Positions 36,277 to 46,258 of a stretch of DNA of 64,000 nt are shown here, one piece after another. The translations under genes and the position numbers were made by a program. The notes under the pieces were generated by a model. It was not told where the DNA came from, ran no database searches, and saw only the letters and a list, made by a program, of their open reading frames with translations. Position 1 is the stretch's first letter, and each line of letters starts with the position of its first letter. Origin of the DNA: Candidatus Levyibacteriota bacterium (lineage in GTDB: Bacteria; Patescibacteriota; Microgenomatia; Levybacterales; UBA12049); assembly GCA_030651475.1 (NCBI GenBank), contig JAUSEW010000027.1, positions 109,614-173,613 on the forward strand. The letters are read 5' to 3'.

Positions 36277-36849
36277 ATGTTATGTATGGGAATTCTGCGG
36301 AAAATTTACTCATTTTTGCTTGATGCAGTACAGACATTTCTTCTTGCCGCTGCATTTTTTCTGGTTATTTACGTATTTTTATTCAGGCCATTTCAGGTTA
36401 ACGGAGATTCAATGTTTCCTAATTTCAAAGACCAAGAGTATGTGCTTACCAATATTATCCAGCTTCGTTTTCAAGAACCAAAATTAGGAGATGTAATTGT
36501 TTTTAAAGCTCCGCCCGATCCGGAAAAAGACTATATAAAAAGAGTTATCGGTGTGCCTGGAGATAGGGTAATGGTTAGAGATGGTAATGTTTATGTGAAC
36601 GGAAAAATGCTGGATGAAAGTTCTTATCTTAAGCCGACTGTGAGAACTTATGCGGGGTCATTTCTTAAGGAGGGAGAAGAAGTAACTGTTCCTCAAGGAA
36701 GTTTCCTGGCATTTGGAGATAATAGGCCATACAGTTCGGATTCAAGGGAATGGGGATGGGTACCAAAGGATTTAATAATTGGACATTCATTTTTCGCTTA
36801 CTGGCCTCCTCCGCTTGCAGGGCTTATTAAAAATCCTTATTCAAACTAA
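36277..36849 (+). CDS. lepB: Signal peptidase I
   Basis: GDSMFPNF carries the catalytic Ser. KRVIGVPGD carries the Lys. GDNRPYSSDSREWGWV. Confidence 0.85.
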   Translation: MLCMGILRKIYSFLLDAVQTFLLAAAFFLVIYVFLFRPFQVNGDSMFPNFKDQEYVLTNIIQLRFQEPKLGDVIVFKAPPDPEKDYIKRVIGVPGDRVMVRDGNVYVNGKMLDESSYLKPTVRTYAGSFLKEGEEVTVPQGSFLAFGDNRPYSSDSREWGWVPKDLIIGHSFFAYWPPPLAGLIKNPYSN

Positions 36850-36855
36850 GGAGTA

Positions 36856-37680
36856 CTATTTGGAGAGGATATCGGCAATTTCTTTTATTTTTGGTCCGGT
36901 AACTTCAACATCTCCCCGAACTACAATAACCATTCTTGCCAGAGATCTCGATTGGTAAATGCTGACTTTATCAAGATTATGCTTTTTTTCTACATTTTTT
37001 GCCATTTCATCCAGTTCGGGAACCCAAAGCCTATCGTGTCTGGCTCTTGGTTCTTTTTTTTGGACATCGCCTTTAATTTTCCTTGCAGCTTCTTCCGTTT
37101 CCCTGACAGTAATATTCTCACGGAGTATTTGTTTGAACAGATCAAGCATTAATTTCGGATCGCCTAAAGATATAAGAGGTCTGACGTGTCCTTCAGTGAT
37201 GACTCCGGCAACTAAAGCATCCTTTATCGCATCCGGCAAAGATAATAATCTCATTGTGTTAGAAACTGTTGGCGCGCTTTTTCCTACTCTTTTTGCCACT
37301 TCATTGGTTCCAAGACCGAATTCATCAATCAATCTTCTGTAAGCAAGAGCTCTTTCTATTGGATTTAAATCTTCCCGCTGTACGTTTTCAACAATTGACA
37401 TCTCAAGCATCCCCTGGGGTGTTGTTTCTTTTATAACTACAGGTACTTTGACAAGACCCAAAAGTTTGGATGCTCTCCAGCGTCTTTCTCCTGCAATAAT
37501 TTGATAGCCTGCAGGAGTTTTGGCAACAACTAGGGGTTCCAATACACCATGTTCCCTTATTGATTCCATTAATTCGTTCAGAGATTGGGGAGTGATTACG
37601 CCTCTTGGCTGAAGAGGATTAGACTGAAGAACACTTACTTCTAATTCAAATACTCTTTCTTCCTGCTTCTGGTTATCCAT
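36856..37680 (-). CDS. parB: Chromosome partitioning protein ParB/Spo0J
   Basis: ParB box GERRWRAS, LEPLVV and an HTH region. Confidence 0.85.
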   Translation of the reverse strand: MDNQKQEERVFELEVSVLQSNPLQPRGVITPQSLNELMESIREHGVLEPLVVAKTPAGYQIIAGERRWRASKLLGLVKVPVVIKETTPQGMLEMSIVENVQREDLNPIERALAYRRLIDEFGLGTNEVAKRVGKSAPTVSNTMRLLSLPDAIKDALVAGVITEGHVRPLISLGDPKLMLDLFKQILRENITVRETEEAARKIKGDVQKKEPRARHDRLWVPELDEMAKNVEKKHNLDKVSIYQSRSLARMVIVVRGDVEVTGPKIKEIADILSK

Positions 37681-37690
37681 AAAATATAAC

Positions 37691-37942
37691 TTACGAATTT
37701 ATAATCTCTACAATTTTCTTGCCCCTCAATGTCCTGAAATTAACAACACCTTCTTTGATTGCAAATAAAGTAAAATCATTCCCCATAGAAACACCATATC
37801 CCGGAAAAAACTTTGTGCCTTTTTGCCTTACTATAATATTGCCGGCAATAGCCTTCTGCCCGCCGTAAACCTTCACGCCTAAACGTTTTGCTATCGAGTC
37901 TCTATTGCCTTTTGTCGCTCCCTGCGCTTTTGTATGTGCCAT
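37691..37942 (-). CDS. rpmA: 50S ribosomal protein L27
   Basis: [16 protein letters not shown]. The start is taken at the internal ATG of the longer ORF. Confidence 0.9.
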   Translation of the reverse strand: MAHTKAQGATKGNRDSIAKRLGVKVYGGQKAIAGNIIVRQKGTKFFPGYGVSMGNDFTLFAIKEGVVNFRTLRGKKIVEIINS

Positions 37943-38045
37943 ATAGTAAATTAAAAATTTAAAATGAAAAGTTAAAAATAATTCTTGTGAAAATCCACTC
38001 AATGTTACTTTAAATTTTCACGCAAGTCAAGAGGTTCAAAGTATA

Positions 38046-38366
38046 TCAGCTGCCAAATGCGATATCGTCTATTTGAACTTTGCTTAAGCTTTGTCTATGT
38101 CCGGTAACTCTTCTGTAGCGTACTTTTGCTTTAAATTTAGATACTCTTATCTTTTCTCCCCTGATGTTGTCCAGGACTGTTGCTTTGACTTTGGCGCCTT
38201 TAACTTTCGGAGTACCTATTTTAGTATCCGTATCGGAAACAGTTAAAAGAACATCTTCTATAGTGAATTTGTCTTTTGGTTTAAGATCTAGTCGTTCTGT
38301 TTCGATTATGTCTCCGGCTTTTACCGTATATTGTTTGCCGGCTAGTTTGATAACAGCGTATTTCAT
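38046..38366 (-). CDS. rplU: 50S ribosomal protein L21
   Basis: MKYAVIKLAGKQYTVKAGD. Confidence 0.9.
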   Translation of the reverse strand: MKYAVIKLAGKQYTVKAGDIIETERLDLKPKDKFTIEDVLLTVSDTDTKIGTPKVKGAKVKATVLDNIRGEKIRVSKFKAKVRYRRVTGHRQSLSKVQIDDIAFGS

Positions 38367-38391
38367 TTAGAACTCTATTATAGCAAACTAT

Positions 38392-39471
38392 CTACTTAAT
38401 TTCTAGGACATTATCTTCATCAGACTTTCTGCTTATCGAAGACACAAGTCCAAGCAAAATAAAGCTGGAGAGAAGAGAACTTCCTCCATAAGAAACAAAA
38501 GGAAGAGTTATGCCGACGATAGGGAGAATTCCTATATTCATCCCTATGTTTACGAAAGCCTGAAGAAGGATAATTGAGAAAGCAGAAATAGCAAAGATTT
38601 TGGGAAATGTTTCCTGAGAATTGGAAAATATCTTAAATATTCTGAAAAGAAGAAACGCGAAGCACAAAATTACAATAAGACTGCCTACGAAGCCTAGTTC
38701 TTCGGACAAGGTTGCAAATATAAAATCAGTGTGGCGTTCCGGCAGAAATCTTAATGCAGATTGAGTTCCTTGACCTAAACCTTTTCCAAAAAACATTCCC
38801 GAACCAACAGCGATGACTGATTGGATAGCGTTATATGAAAAACCAAGAGGATCTTGCGGGTTAAGGAATGTAATAATCCGCTGTTTTTGATAGTCATGCA
38901 GAAATCTCCAAATAAGAGGAGAAAGTAGTCCTAAGGGTACGCCAAACGCCAAAAAGAAACGGATAGGGATTCCAAAAACAATAAGAGTTAAAACTGCAAC
39001 AGAAATATATATAAGAGCATTGCCAAGATCGGGCTGTATAAAAATTAATAAAGATATAGGAGTAAGAAAAATAAAAGCCAGGAGAATCGTTTTAAAAGAA
39101 TAATTTTCACGTGAAGAAAGAAACGAAGCGAAAGAAACTAAAAGAAAAGGTTTGAGGATTTCGGAAAACTGAATTCTTATTCCCCAAATTTCAACCCATC
39201 TGACAGATCCTCTTGTTGCGGCGCCTAAAACCAAAACTAAGATAAGTAAAACCAGAGACGTAATATAAATGGGAAAAGAGTAGAGTTTAATTATTCTGTA
39301 GTTTACTTGGGAGAAAAATAAAAAGGTGAAAAGAGAGATGATAAGGAAAATAAGCTGGCTTCGGAATAAAGAGAAGCTAATTGAGAAAAGCGTAGTTAAG
39401 CTTAGGAGTACCAATACGAAAACTGGCAGTATCAAAGTCCAGTCTAAATCCAAAAGGGTTCTTTTTGTCAT
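38392..39471 (-). CDS. SEDS-family protein (RodA/FtsW paralog)
   Basis: SEDS motifs PERHTDFIFATLSEELGF and GKGLGQG. Second SEDS gene in the window. Confidence 0.75.
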   Translation of the reverse strand: MTKRTLLDLDWTLILPVFVLVLLSLTTLFSISFSLFRSQLIFLIISLFTFLFFSQVNYRIIKLYSFPIYITSLVLLILVLVLGAATRGSVRWVEIWGIRIQFSEILKPFLLVSFASFLSSRENYSFKTILLAFIFLTPISLLIFIQPDLGNALIYISVAVLTLIVFGIPIRFFLAFGVPLGLLSPLIWRFLHDYQKQRIITFLNPQDPLGFSYNAIQSVIAVGSGMFFGKGLGQGTQSALRFLPERHTDFIFATLSEELGFVGSLIVILCFAFLLFRIFKIFSNSQETFPKIFAISAFSIILLQAFVNIGMNIGILPIVGITLPFVSYGGSSLLSSFILLGLVSSISRKSDEDNVLEIK

Positions 39472-42320
39472 ACGCGGTCAACGATAAATTTTGGCCCTTT
39501 TTTAAGATTCCTTATTAAAGTCTTTTTCTTGATAAGACCTTCAAAAGGTAAAGGCCAATCTGGCAATGTAACGTTTATGTTGTCATTAAGCTCTGTTTCG
39601 AGTCTCTTTCTTTCTTCCTGAATTTGCCTTATTATATCCCTAGCCTCCATCTCTTCCTGCAGGTCTTTAGTTATATTCGTATCAAATTCAACAAATAGCT
39701 CTCCTTTATTTTTTTCAAAAACAACCTTCTTAACATTTAGTTCATCTTTAATTAGGTCTATTAGTTCTTCATCGATTGAAAATTTAGAATTGAAAATTGA
39801 AAATTTAGCAAGCGGTTGCCTTACTTTGATATCCAATTCTTTTCGTTTTGCATGTCCTAATTCAACAATAGTCCTAACGAAAGACATATCGTCTATTAAT
39901 TTTTTATCTAGCAAACTTTCATCTTTCAACGGATAATTTTGCAAATGAACTGATTCCTCTCCTGTTAAATTAATAAACATTTCGTCGGAGATAAAAGGAA
40001 CGAACGGAGCAAGCAGTTTGCAAAGCGTTAGTAAAACTTTATACATTGTGGATAAAGCAATATTCCTTTCATTGCTATCCGAGGTAGTGCCAACACGGTT
40101 TCTGGAACGTCTTACGTACCAAGTTGAAAAATCATTTATTACGAAGTCTTGAATAGCTCGGGACGAAATCATTGCGTCGTATTTTTCTAAAGACTTATTC
40201 GTTACATCTATAACTTGATTTAGTTTCGCCAAAATCCATAGGTCTAAAGGTTTTAATGTTCCTACTTTAGTATTAGGATTCCACTTGGAAAAATTTACAT
40301 AATCAACAAAAAACTTATATGAATTCCAAAGAATTAGGTAGAATTTTCTTTTAGTTTCGCTTGCAGCTTTATATCCAAAATTTAAATTATTTTCTGGGTT
40401 TGCAGTTGCAAACATCCACCTCATAACATCTGATCCTAAATTTTGCGCTCCTTCATTGAATTCAACCGCATTGCCTTTTGATTTATGCATTTCTTCGCCT
40501 TTTTCATCTCTCACGGATGCAAATCCTAGAACGGTTGCAAAAGGATTTGTATTTTTCAAGGCAGTGCTCATAGCTATCAAGGAGTAAAACCAATTTTTAA
40601 ACTGTCCGGGAAAACTTTCGGTTATGAAATCTGCTGGAAACCAATCTTCAGGCAATGTAGAAAAAGGTACAATACCTGCATCCAGCCATGGATTGCCAAC
40701 GTCCGGTACTCTTTGCATAATCTCACCGCATTTTTCGCATTTCAATTTGACCTCATCTATCCATGGTCTGTGAGGGCTATTCCCATCGAATATATCCCAT
40801 CCTTTGACTGCTTTTTCCCTTAATTCGTTTTTTCCTCCAATTACCTCAAAATGCTTACGCTTAATACATTCCCAAATGGGCAGCGCAAGTCCCCAATATC
40901 TTTTCTTGCTGATAAGCCAATCGTGCATATTTTTTAACCAGTCCAGCTCTCTTTCTTTTCCCCAAGAAGGAATCCAGTTAATTTTTTTCACTACTTCAGC
41001 CATCTGCTCTCTGTAAGTTCTACCCGATTTATCTTTTTTATCCATAGCTATATACCATTCATCAACAACTCTCCAAACTAATTCCGTCTTACATCTCCAG
41101 CAAGTGGGGTATCGATGGGTAATTCTTTCAGTTTCAAAGAAATATTTACCGTCCTCATACGATTTAAGATAATCAATTATTAATTCAGGATGCTTCTTGG
41201 CATTTTTCCCTGCAAATTCACCCATACCTGCAACATAAGATGCATCTTCTTCAATAGAGGCAATAACTGGTAGATTATTTTCTTTCCCAAGTTTAAAATC
41301 TTCTTCTCCTGCTCCCGGAGCAACATGTAACAATCCTGTTCCTTCAGTTTCCGTGACAATATCTCCACCGTCAATAATTCGATGAACATAGTTACCTAAT
41401 GTTTTTTTAACCAAAGGGATTTCATCGAAAGGCGCAACATACTCCCAACCTATCAGCTCTTTCCCTAATTTCTTAGCAAATATCTCATCTTTCTTTTCTT
41501 TAATTAACCATCTTTTTTCCATAAGCCAAAGCTTTTCGCCATTGGAGCTTTTTGTAAGAACATATTGCTCTTTAGGATTTACAGCGATTGCAACATTTGA
41601 GGGAATTGTCCAGGGTGTTGTTGTCCAAACCAATAAATATTCGTTTGCTTTATTCTTTATAGGAAGTTTAAAATAAACAGTTTCGTGTGTTATCTCTTTA
41701 TATTCTTCAGTAAGGATTTCATGTTGGGAAATTGCCGTACCGCATCTCGGGCACCATGGTACAGTATCATGGCCTTTATATAGCCATCCTTTTTCGTTAA
41801 CAACTTTTATAAAATTCCAAATAGCGTAGTTATTTTCATCGGAAGAAGTATGGTAAGAATTATCCCAATCCATAAAATATCCAAGCCGCTTGCTTTGCTC
41901 TGTTTGAATAGCGGAAAATTTTTTGACGCGTTCTTTGCAAAGATTAATAAATTTTTCAATGCTTTCGAATTTATTTCCAGAAACAAGATTCTCAATGTCT
42001 TTTTTATTTCTTAAGCTTAATTCTTTCTCCACTTCCACCTCAACCCACAAGCCTTGTTCGTCAAAACCGTTCTGAAACCTTTGTTTTCTTCCTTTCATAT
42101 TCCAAAATCTTTGCCATAAGTCTTTGTATGTTCTTCCCCATGCATGGTGAACAGCCATGGGGTTATTTGCGGTTATCGGACCATCCAAGAAAGAAAACTT
42201 CTGTTTTGAAGAAGTGTTTTTGTGTAAATATTTGTCGACTATTCCTTTTTGCTGCCACCTAGCTAACAATTCTTCTTCAAGTTTTGGAAAATCTATTTGC
42301 GAAGAAACAGGTTTGAACAT
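39468..42320 (-). CDS. ileS: Isoleucine--tRNA ligase (eukaryote/archaeal-like type)
   Basis: Class I synthetase. The editing-domain signature TTTPWTIPSN, the KMSKS variant MHKSKGN, WD..GL after the HIGH region and a Cys4 zinc-binding site are present. Confidence 0.75.
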   Translation of the reverse strand: MFKPVSSQIDFPKLEEELLARWQQKGIVDKYLHKNTSSKQKFSFLDGPITANNPMAVHHAWGRTYKDLWQRFWNMKGRKQRFQNGFDEQGLWVEVEVEKELSLRNKKDIENLVSGNKFESIEKFINLCKERVKKFSAIQTEQSKRLGYFMDWDNSYHTSSDENNYAIWNFIKVVNEKGWLYKGHDTVPWCPRCGTAISQHEILTEEYKEITHETVYFKLPIKNKANEYLLVWTTTPWTIPSNVAIAVNPKEQYVLTKSSNGEKLWLMEKRWLIKEKKDEIFAKKLGKELIGWEYVAPFDEIPLVKKTLGNYVHRIIDGGDIVTETEGTGLLHVAPGAGEEDFKLGKENNLPVIASIEEDASYVAGMGEFAGKNAKKHPELIIDYLKSYEDGKYFFETERITHRYPTCWRCKTELVWRVVDEWYIAMDKKDKSGRTYREQMAEVVKKINWIPSWGKERELDWLKNMHDWLISKKRYWGLALPIWECIKRKHFEVIGGKNELREKAVKGWDIFDGNSPHRPWIDEVKLKCEKCGEIMQRVPDVGNPWLDAGIVPFSTLPEDWFPADFITESFPGQFKNWFYSLIAMSTALKNTNPFATVLGFASVRDEKGEEMHKSKGNAVEFNEGAQNLGSDVMRWMFATANPENNLNFGYKAASETKRKFYLILWNSYKFFVDYVNFSKWNPNTKVGTLKPLDLWILAKLNQVIDVTNKSLEKYDAMISSRAIQDFVINDFSTWYVRRSRNRVGTTSDSNERNIALSTMYKVLLTLCKLLAPFVPFISDEMFINLTGEESVHLQNYPLKDESLLDKKLIDDMSFVRTIVELGHAKRKELDIKVRQPLAKFSIFNSKFSIDEELIDLIKDELNVKKVVFEKNKGELFVEFDTNITKDLQEEMEARDIIRQIQEERKRLETELNDNINVTLPDWPLPFEGLIKKKTLIRNLKKGPKFIVDRV

Positions 42321-42340
42321 ATTATTAATTCTATCTGATT

Positions 42341-42349
42341 TGGTATAAT
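42341..42349 (+). promoter_or_regulatory. Extended -10 element TGGTATAAT upstream of tRNA-Val
   Basis: TATAAT at 42344-42349, 8 nt before tRNA position 1. There is no good -35. Confidence 0.4.
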
Positions 42350-42357
42350 TAACGCAA

Positions 42358-42429
42358 GGACGCGTAGCTCAGCGGTAGAGTGCTTCATTCACATTGAAGA
42401 AGTCAGAGGTTCGAATCCTCTCGCGTCCA
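42358..42429 (+). tRNA. tRNA-Val (anticodon CAC)
   Basis: Hand-folded cloverleaf. Acceptor stem GGACGCG/CGCGTCC. T-loop TTCGAAT. Anticodon loop TTCACAT. 72 nt, CCA not encoded. Confidence 0.8.
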
Positions 42430-42430
42430 C

Positions 42431-43480
42431 ATGAATATTCTTTTTTTATCCCGACTTTTTTATCCCCATATTGGCGGAGTTGAGAAGCATGTCCTAGAGA
42501 TAAGCAGAGAGCTTATGAAAAAAGGACATAGGATAATTGTCATAACGGAACAGCATGATAAAAATTTAAAGCTTGAAGAGGAAATAGAAGGAATAGAGGT
42601 ATACAGAATTCCCGTTGGCAAAGACAGTTTTTTTAAAAAATTTAGAATATGGCGGCAGCTATGGGAATTCAGAAAACTTATAAAAAATGCGGATATAGTT
42701 CATTGCCACGATGTATTTTTTTGGTATCTCCCTTTTAGACTTTTATATCCGAGAAAACCTGTCTATACAACATTTCATGGTTATGAAACTTATCCTATTC
42801 CCAAAAAAGCAATTCTCGTTAGGAAGATTTCCGAAATTTTATCTCGGGGAAATATATGCATAGGTCAATTTATGAAGAAATGGTATGGGACAAAACCTAC
42901 GTATGTATCGTATGGAGGCGCTAAGGTAAGCGAAAAGCGACCCTTCGGTTTCGCTCAGGGCGGGCAAGTGAAAAGCGAAAAGCAGGTAGAGCGATCGGCG
43001 GTTTTTGTAGGAAGATTGGACGAGCAGACGGGTTTCTTAACTTATCTTGAGGCGGTAAAAAAGATAAAGAAAAAATTTCCAGATTTTAAATTTACCGTAT
43101 TTGGAGACGGCAAGTTTAATAATAAGATTGGTAAGGATATCGACTTCAGAGGTTTCGTAGGAAATTATGAAAAAGAATTGCCAAAATTTAATTTTGTTTT
43201 CGCATCTCGCTATCTGTCAATTCTTGAAGCAATGGCTGCGAAAAGATTGGTATTTGCAGTTTACGATAATCCCGTTAAGGAAGACTATCTAAAGATGTCG
43301 CCATTTGCCAAATATATTATTATTGCGAATTCTGCAGATGAAATTGTTCAAAAAGTAGTTTATTTTTTAGAAAATCCCAAAGAAGAGGAATTAATAGGTA
43401 AAGCTTTTGAATGGGCAAAAAAGCAATCCTGGGAAAATCTATCCAATACATACATAAATCTTTGGCAACGAAATAAATAG
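42431..43480 (+). CDS. GT4-family glycosyltransferase (with a short GC-rich in-frame insertion)
   Basis: N-terminus MNILFLSRLFYPHIGGVEKHV is GT4-like. A two-Rossmann-domain layout is likely. Confidence 0.65.
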   Translation: MNILFLSRLFYPHIGGVEKHVLEISRELMKKGHRIIVITEQHDKNLKLEEEIEGIEVYRIPVGKDSFFKKFRIWRQLWEFRKLIKNADIVHCHDVFFWYLPFRLLYPRKPVYTTFHGYETYPIPKKAILVRKISEILSRGNICIGQFMKKWYGTKPTYVSYGGAKVSEKRPFGFAQGGQVKSEKQVERSAVFVGRLDEQTGFLTYLEAVKKIKKKFPDFKFTVFGDGKFNNKIGKDIDFRGFVGNYEKELPKFNFVFASRYLSILEAMAAKRLVFAVYDNPVKEDYLKMSPFAKYIIIANSADEIVQKVVYFLENPKEEELIGKAFEWAKKQSWENLSNTYINLWQRNK

Positions 43481-43486
43481 AAAGAG

Positions 43487-44509
43487 TTATATCTCATACA
43501 AGGCTTCAAAAAACAGTCTTTGAATGGGGTGAGGATGTTGATAAATAGTGTGCCAATTTTTTGGAATAGGGTATTCGTCTTCTCTTATGTAGGAATTGTC
43601 CTTTGCGTACGATCTTATCCATTGCTTGTTATAAAAATAGCCATTAGTTAAGCGGTTAATCTGCTTAATGTAATTGCTTATTTGTTTTCGTGTCATTTCA
43701 TGCAATGTGCTTATTGAGATCGTAAGATTAAAATACTTTTTGGGTAAATATTCTATTTGATGGGCCATAATAAACCTAATCCGCGCGGCTTCAAATTCTT
43801 CCTTTATCTCTTCAAATGACGAAAAAGGTCTAAAAAAGAATATCTTTTCTTTGGGGAACACTTTTGATAAATACTCCTGTGATATAAGAAGAGCAGGCGG
43901 AATGTCGATAATACAATAGGAAGTTTTTGACAATGTATTTAGAAATATGTATGCCAACCTTCCGTATCCTGCACCTAGTTCAGCAATATTTTTTAACTTT
44001 AGCAAATTAATATTTTCGGATATGCTATAAAATTCATGTACGGAATTGCATAGGTCTTGAGAGATAGATTTGTTTTTATAATTAATAATAAAAGGGTTTC
44101 CGATGAGCGGTTCTTCGATGCGATCTAAAAGTTTCAATTTATCTTTGCGATAAACATAGTCATTTAAAAAAGCGACATATATTTTATATATGAAAGCAGA
44201 AATATAGTTAAAAGACGTGACATATGAACGGATTTTAGATCGAGGATTTAAAAACCGGCTGTTAAAAATCGGGGCGAAATTTCCCTTCATAAGCTCTGAA
44301 AGTATTGGAGATAATTGGTGTCTAATAATCATCAAGATTTTCCAATTAAAGTAGTGTACCGTAACTGATCTTTTGAAATTGTCAAAACCGGCATGCATCA
44401 ACTGTTTGTTGTGTATTTTATTTAATTTTTTCCAAAATTCCGAAGGGTAATAGATTCGAGGAGCTTTTTTGATTTCGTTAATCATCTCTTTTAATTGCGT
44501 ATTATTCAT
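43487..44509 (-). CDS. Class I SAM-dependent methyltransferase (putative sugar O-methyltransferase)
   Basis: Gly-rich SAM motif IAELGAGYGRLAYIF. Confidence 0.55.
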   Translation of the reverse strand: MNNTQLKEMINEIKKAPRIYYPSEFWKKLNKIHNKQLMHAGFDNFKRSVTVHYFNWKILMIIRHQLSPILSELMKGNFAPIFNSRFLNPRSKIRSYVTSFNYISAFIYKIYVAFLNDYVYRKDKLKLLDRIEEPLIGNPFIINYKNKSISQDLCNSVHEFYSISENINLLKLKNIAELGAGYGRLAYIFLNTLSKTSYCIIDIPPALLISQEYLSKVFPKEKIFFFRPFSSFEEIKEEFEAARIRFIMAHQIEYLPKKYFNLTISISTLHEMTRKQISNYIKQINRLTNGYFYNKQWIRSYAKDNSYIREDEYPIPKNWHTIYQHPHPIQRLFFEALYEI

Positions 44510-46254
44510 ATAAGCTTAAGAAAAATATTTTTAATCTGTTTTGATAAAAATATTAAAATAAGAGCAACGAAGGCAAAAATACTTACAAGCATCGAGAAAA
44601 TCCTGATTCTCGTATTGGTAAAAACTACATCCACCTCATGCGATCCCTGGTTTAGACTGAAAGTTATAATACCGGGATAAGAAGAATTATTAAAGCTAAA
44701 TGGATAAGGATTGCCATTTACTTTTACAATCCAGTTTGGGAAATATAAGGTATTCTCTTTTATAAACGCTGTTTTGGATATAACATTTATTAAATATGCG
44801 TGCTTCACCGAATTTCTCGACAGTTCTTGGATATCTGCTTTTCCTTGTCTAACCTCAATATGGGGTACTGTTCTCTGATTGGATTTGAAATTATTGGAAT
44901 TGACCCATATTGTAGTTCCTTGTCCAACCTTAGCTATGCTACTGGGCAATTCGTATAGAATAGAAGAATCAGTTAATAGAGGTAAGGTTTTCCTATTTCC
45001 CCAATTTAAAATAGTTGTTGATATCGCAATTAGACACAGAACGACAACAAGCCATTTTTGAGTGATAGTCTTTGTAACTACACCAGCGATTATAGAGATG
45101 AAAAATGTAATTGGCAAAAGCAGTCTATAGGAATATTGGAAACCTTTTAGCAATAAAACATTCGTCCATATTATCTTTGAGAACGATTGGGTCATGAAAA
45201 GGAGTATGAAAAGAGAAATAATAGATATCAAATATACTATTTTTTCCTTCAGCGAAATCTTATTCTTGAAAAATAAAATAATAGACAATATAACAATGAA
45301 CAATTGGATATATCCTAATAAGAAAGACAATTCACCATTGGGTCCTTGGAATAGAAATCCCCATCTCCATGGGGAATAAAAAAGCTGATTTAACGATATG
45401 AACGATACAGCTCCCGTTGTTAATAAATTTGTATATTTAGCTTCGAAAATAACAGGTATCCAGTAAAACGAAGACAACAACAGACCCATGGCAAGAGAAA
45501 GAATATAAAAAAATATATATTTAATTTTTTTTCTATTGCCCTCAAACCAGAGATATAGGCAGTAAGTAATAATAAACGGAAACGATATAAGCGATATAGC
45601 TTGGTGGGAAAGTATGAGAAGCGAAATGCTTAGTGCAGACAAAAAAAACCATAGATATTTCATATCGTGAGACATTTTTCTTATGGCAAAAAAACAAAAC
45701 GGAAGGATAGCAAACGCAATGATCTCTCCGATAGCTGCCCTAAAATGTAAATCAACAAGGTGATATGGAGAAAAAAGATAAATTATTGCCGCCGCAAATG
45801 CCGAAAATTTATTTCTGAACTCTTCTTTTATAAAAAGATACATAGTGACGCCTGAAGCAATAAATGAAAAAGCAAGGATGAGCTTTAGGCTATTGATAAA
45901 GCTAAATCCTATAAAATGAAAGAATGACGCTAAATAATAAGGAAGAGGATAAGCAAAAATAAAAAGAGGATATCCATAGCCGTAAATAATTTGACTGCTC
46001 CATCGTGGGATAAAATTACCGTCTTTTAGGGATTCGTAAAAGGACATGGCAAATCCAGTATGAATAGTTAAATCCGAACTTTCGTACGTCCCTTTCCTTA
46101 GTATGCTTACCAGAGGCAATATGGAAATTAAAATTAGGAGGAATAATAAATTAATATTTCTTTTTGGGTAAACATATCTATAGATTATTATCCCGACGAT
46201 AAGGGTAATTGAAAATATCAAGTTAATTACGACCATTCTATAGGGTTCAATCAT
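44506..46254 (-). CDS. Polytopic membrane protein, GT-C-like glycosyltransferase candidate (paralog A)
   Basis: About 12 predicted TM helices plus a C-terminal soluble domain. Strongly similar to the adjacent 46259-48001 product. Confidence 0.5.
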   Translation of the reverse strand: MIEPYRMVVINLIFSITLIVGIIIYRYVYPKRNINLLFLLILISILPLVSILRKGTYESSDLTIHTGFAMSFYESLKDGNFIPRWSSQIIYGYGYPLFIFAYPLPYYLASFFHFIGFSFINSLKLILAFSFIASGVTMYLFIKEEFRNKFSAFAAAIIYLFSPYHLVDLHFRAAIGEIIAFAILPFCFFAIRKMSHDMKYLWFFLSALSISLLILSHQAISLISFPFIITYCLYLWFEGNRKKIKYIFFYILSLAMGLLLSSFYWIPVIFEAKYTNLLTTGAVSFISLNQLFYSPWRWGFLFQGPNGELSFLLGYIQLFIVILSIILFFKNKISLKEKIVYLISIISLFILLFMTQSFSKIIWTNVLLLKGFQYSYRLLLPITFFISIIAGVVTKTITQKWLVVVLCLIAISTTILNWGNRKTLPLLTDSSILYELPSSIAKVGQGTTIWVNSNNFKSNQRTVPHIEVRQGKADIQELSRNSVKHAYLINVISKTAFIKENTLYFPNWIVKVNGNPYPFSFNNSSYPGIITFSLNQGSHEVDVVFTNTRIRIFSMLVSIFAFVALILIFLSKQIKNIFLKLI

Positions 46255-46258
46255 ATGT

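Noticed and set aside
36952-37342. Plus-strand ORFs (66 and 127 aa) inside parB
   Set aside because: They are antisense to parB, which has clear ParB-box motifs. They are shadows.
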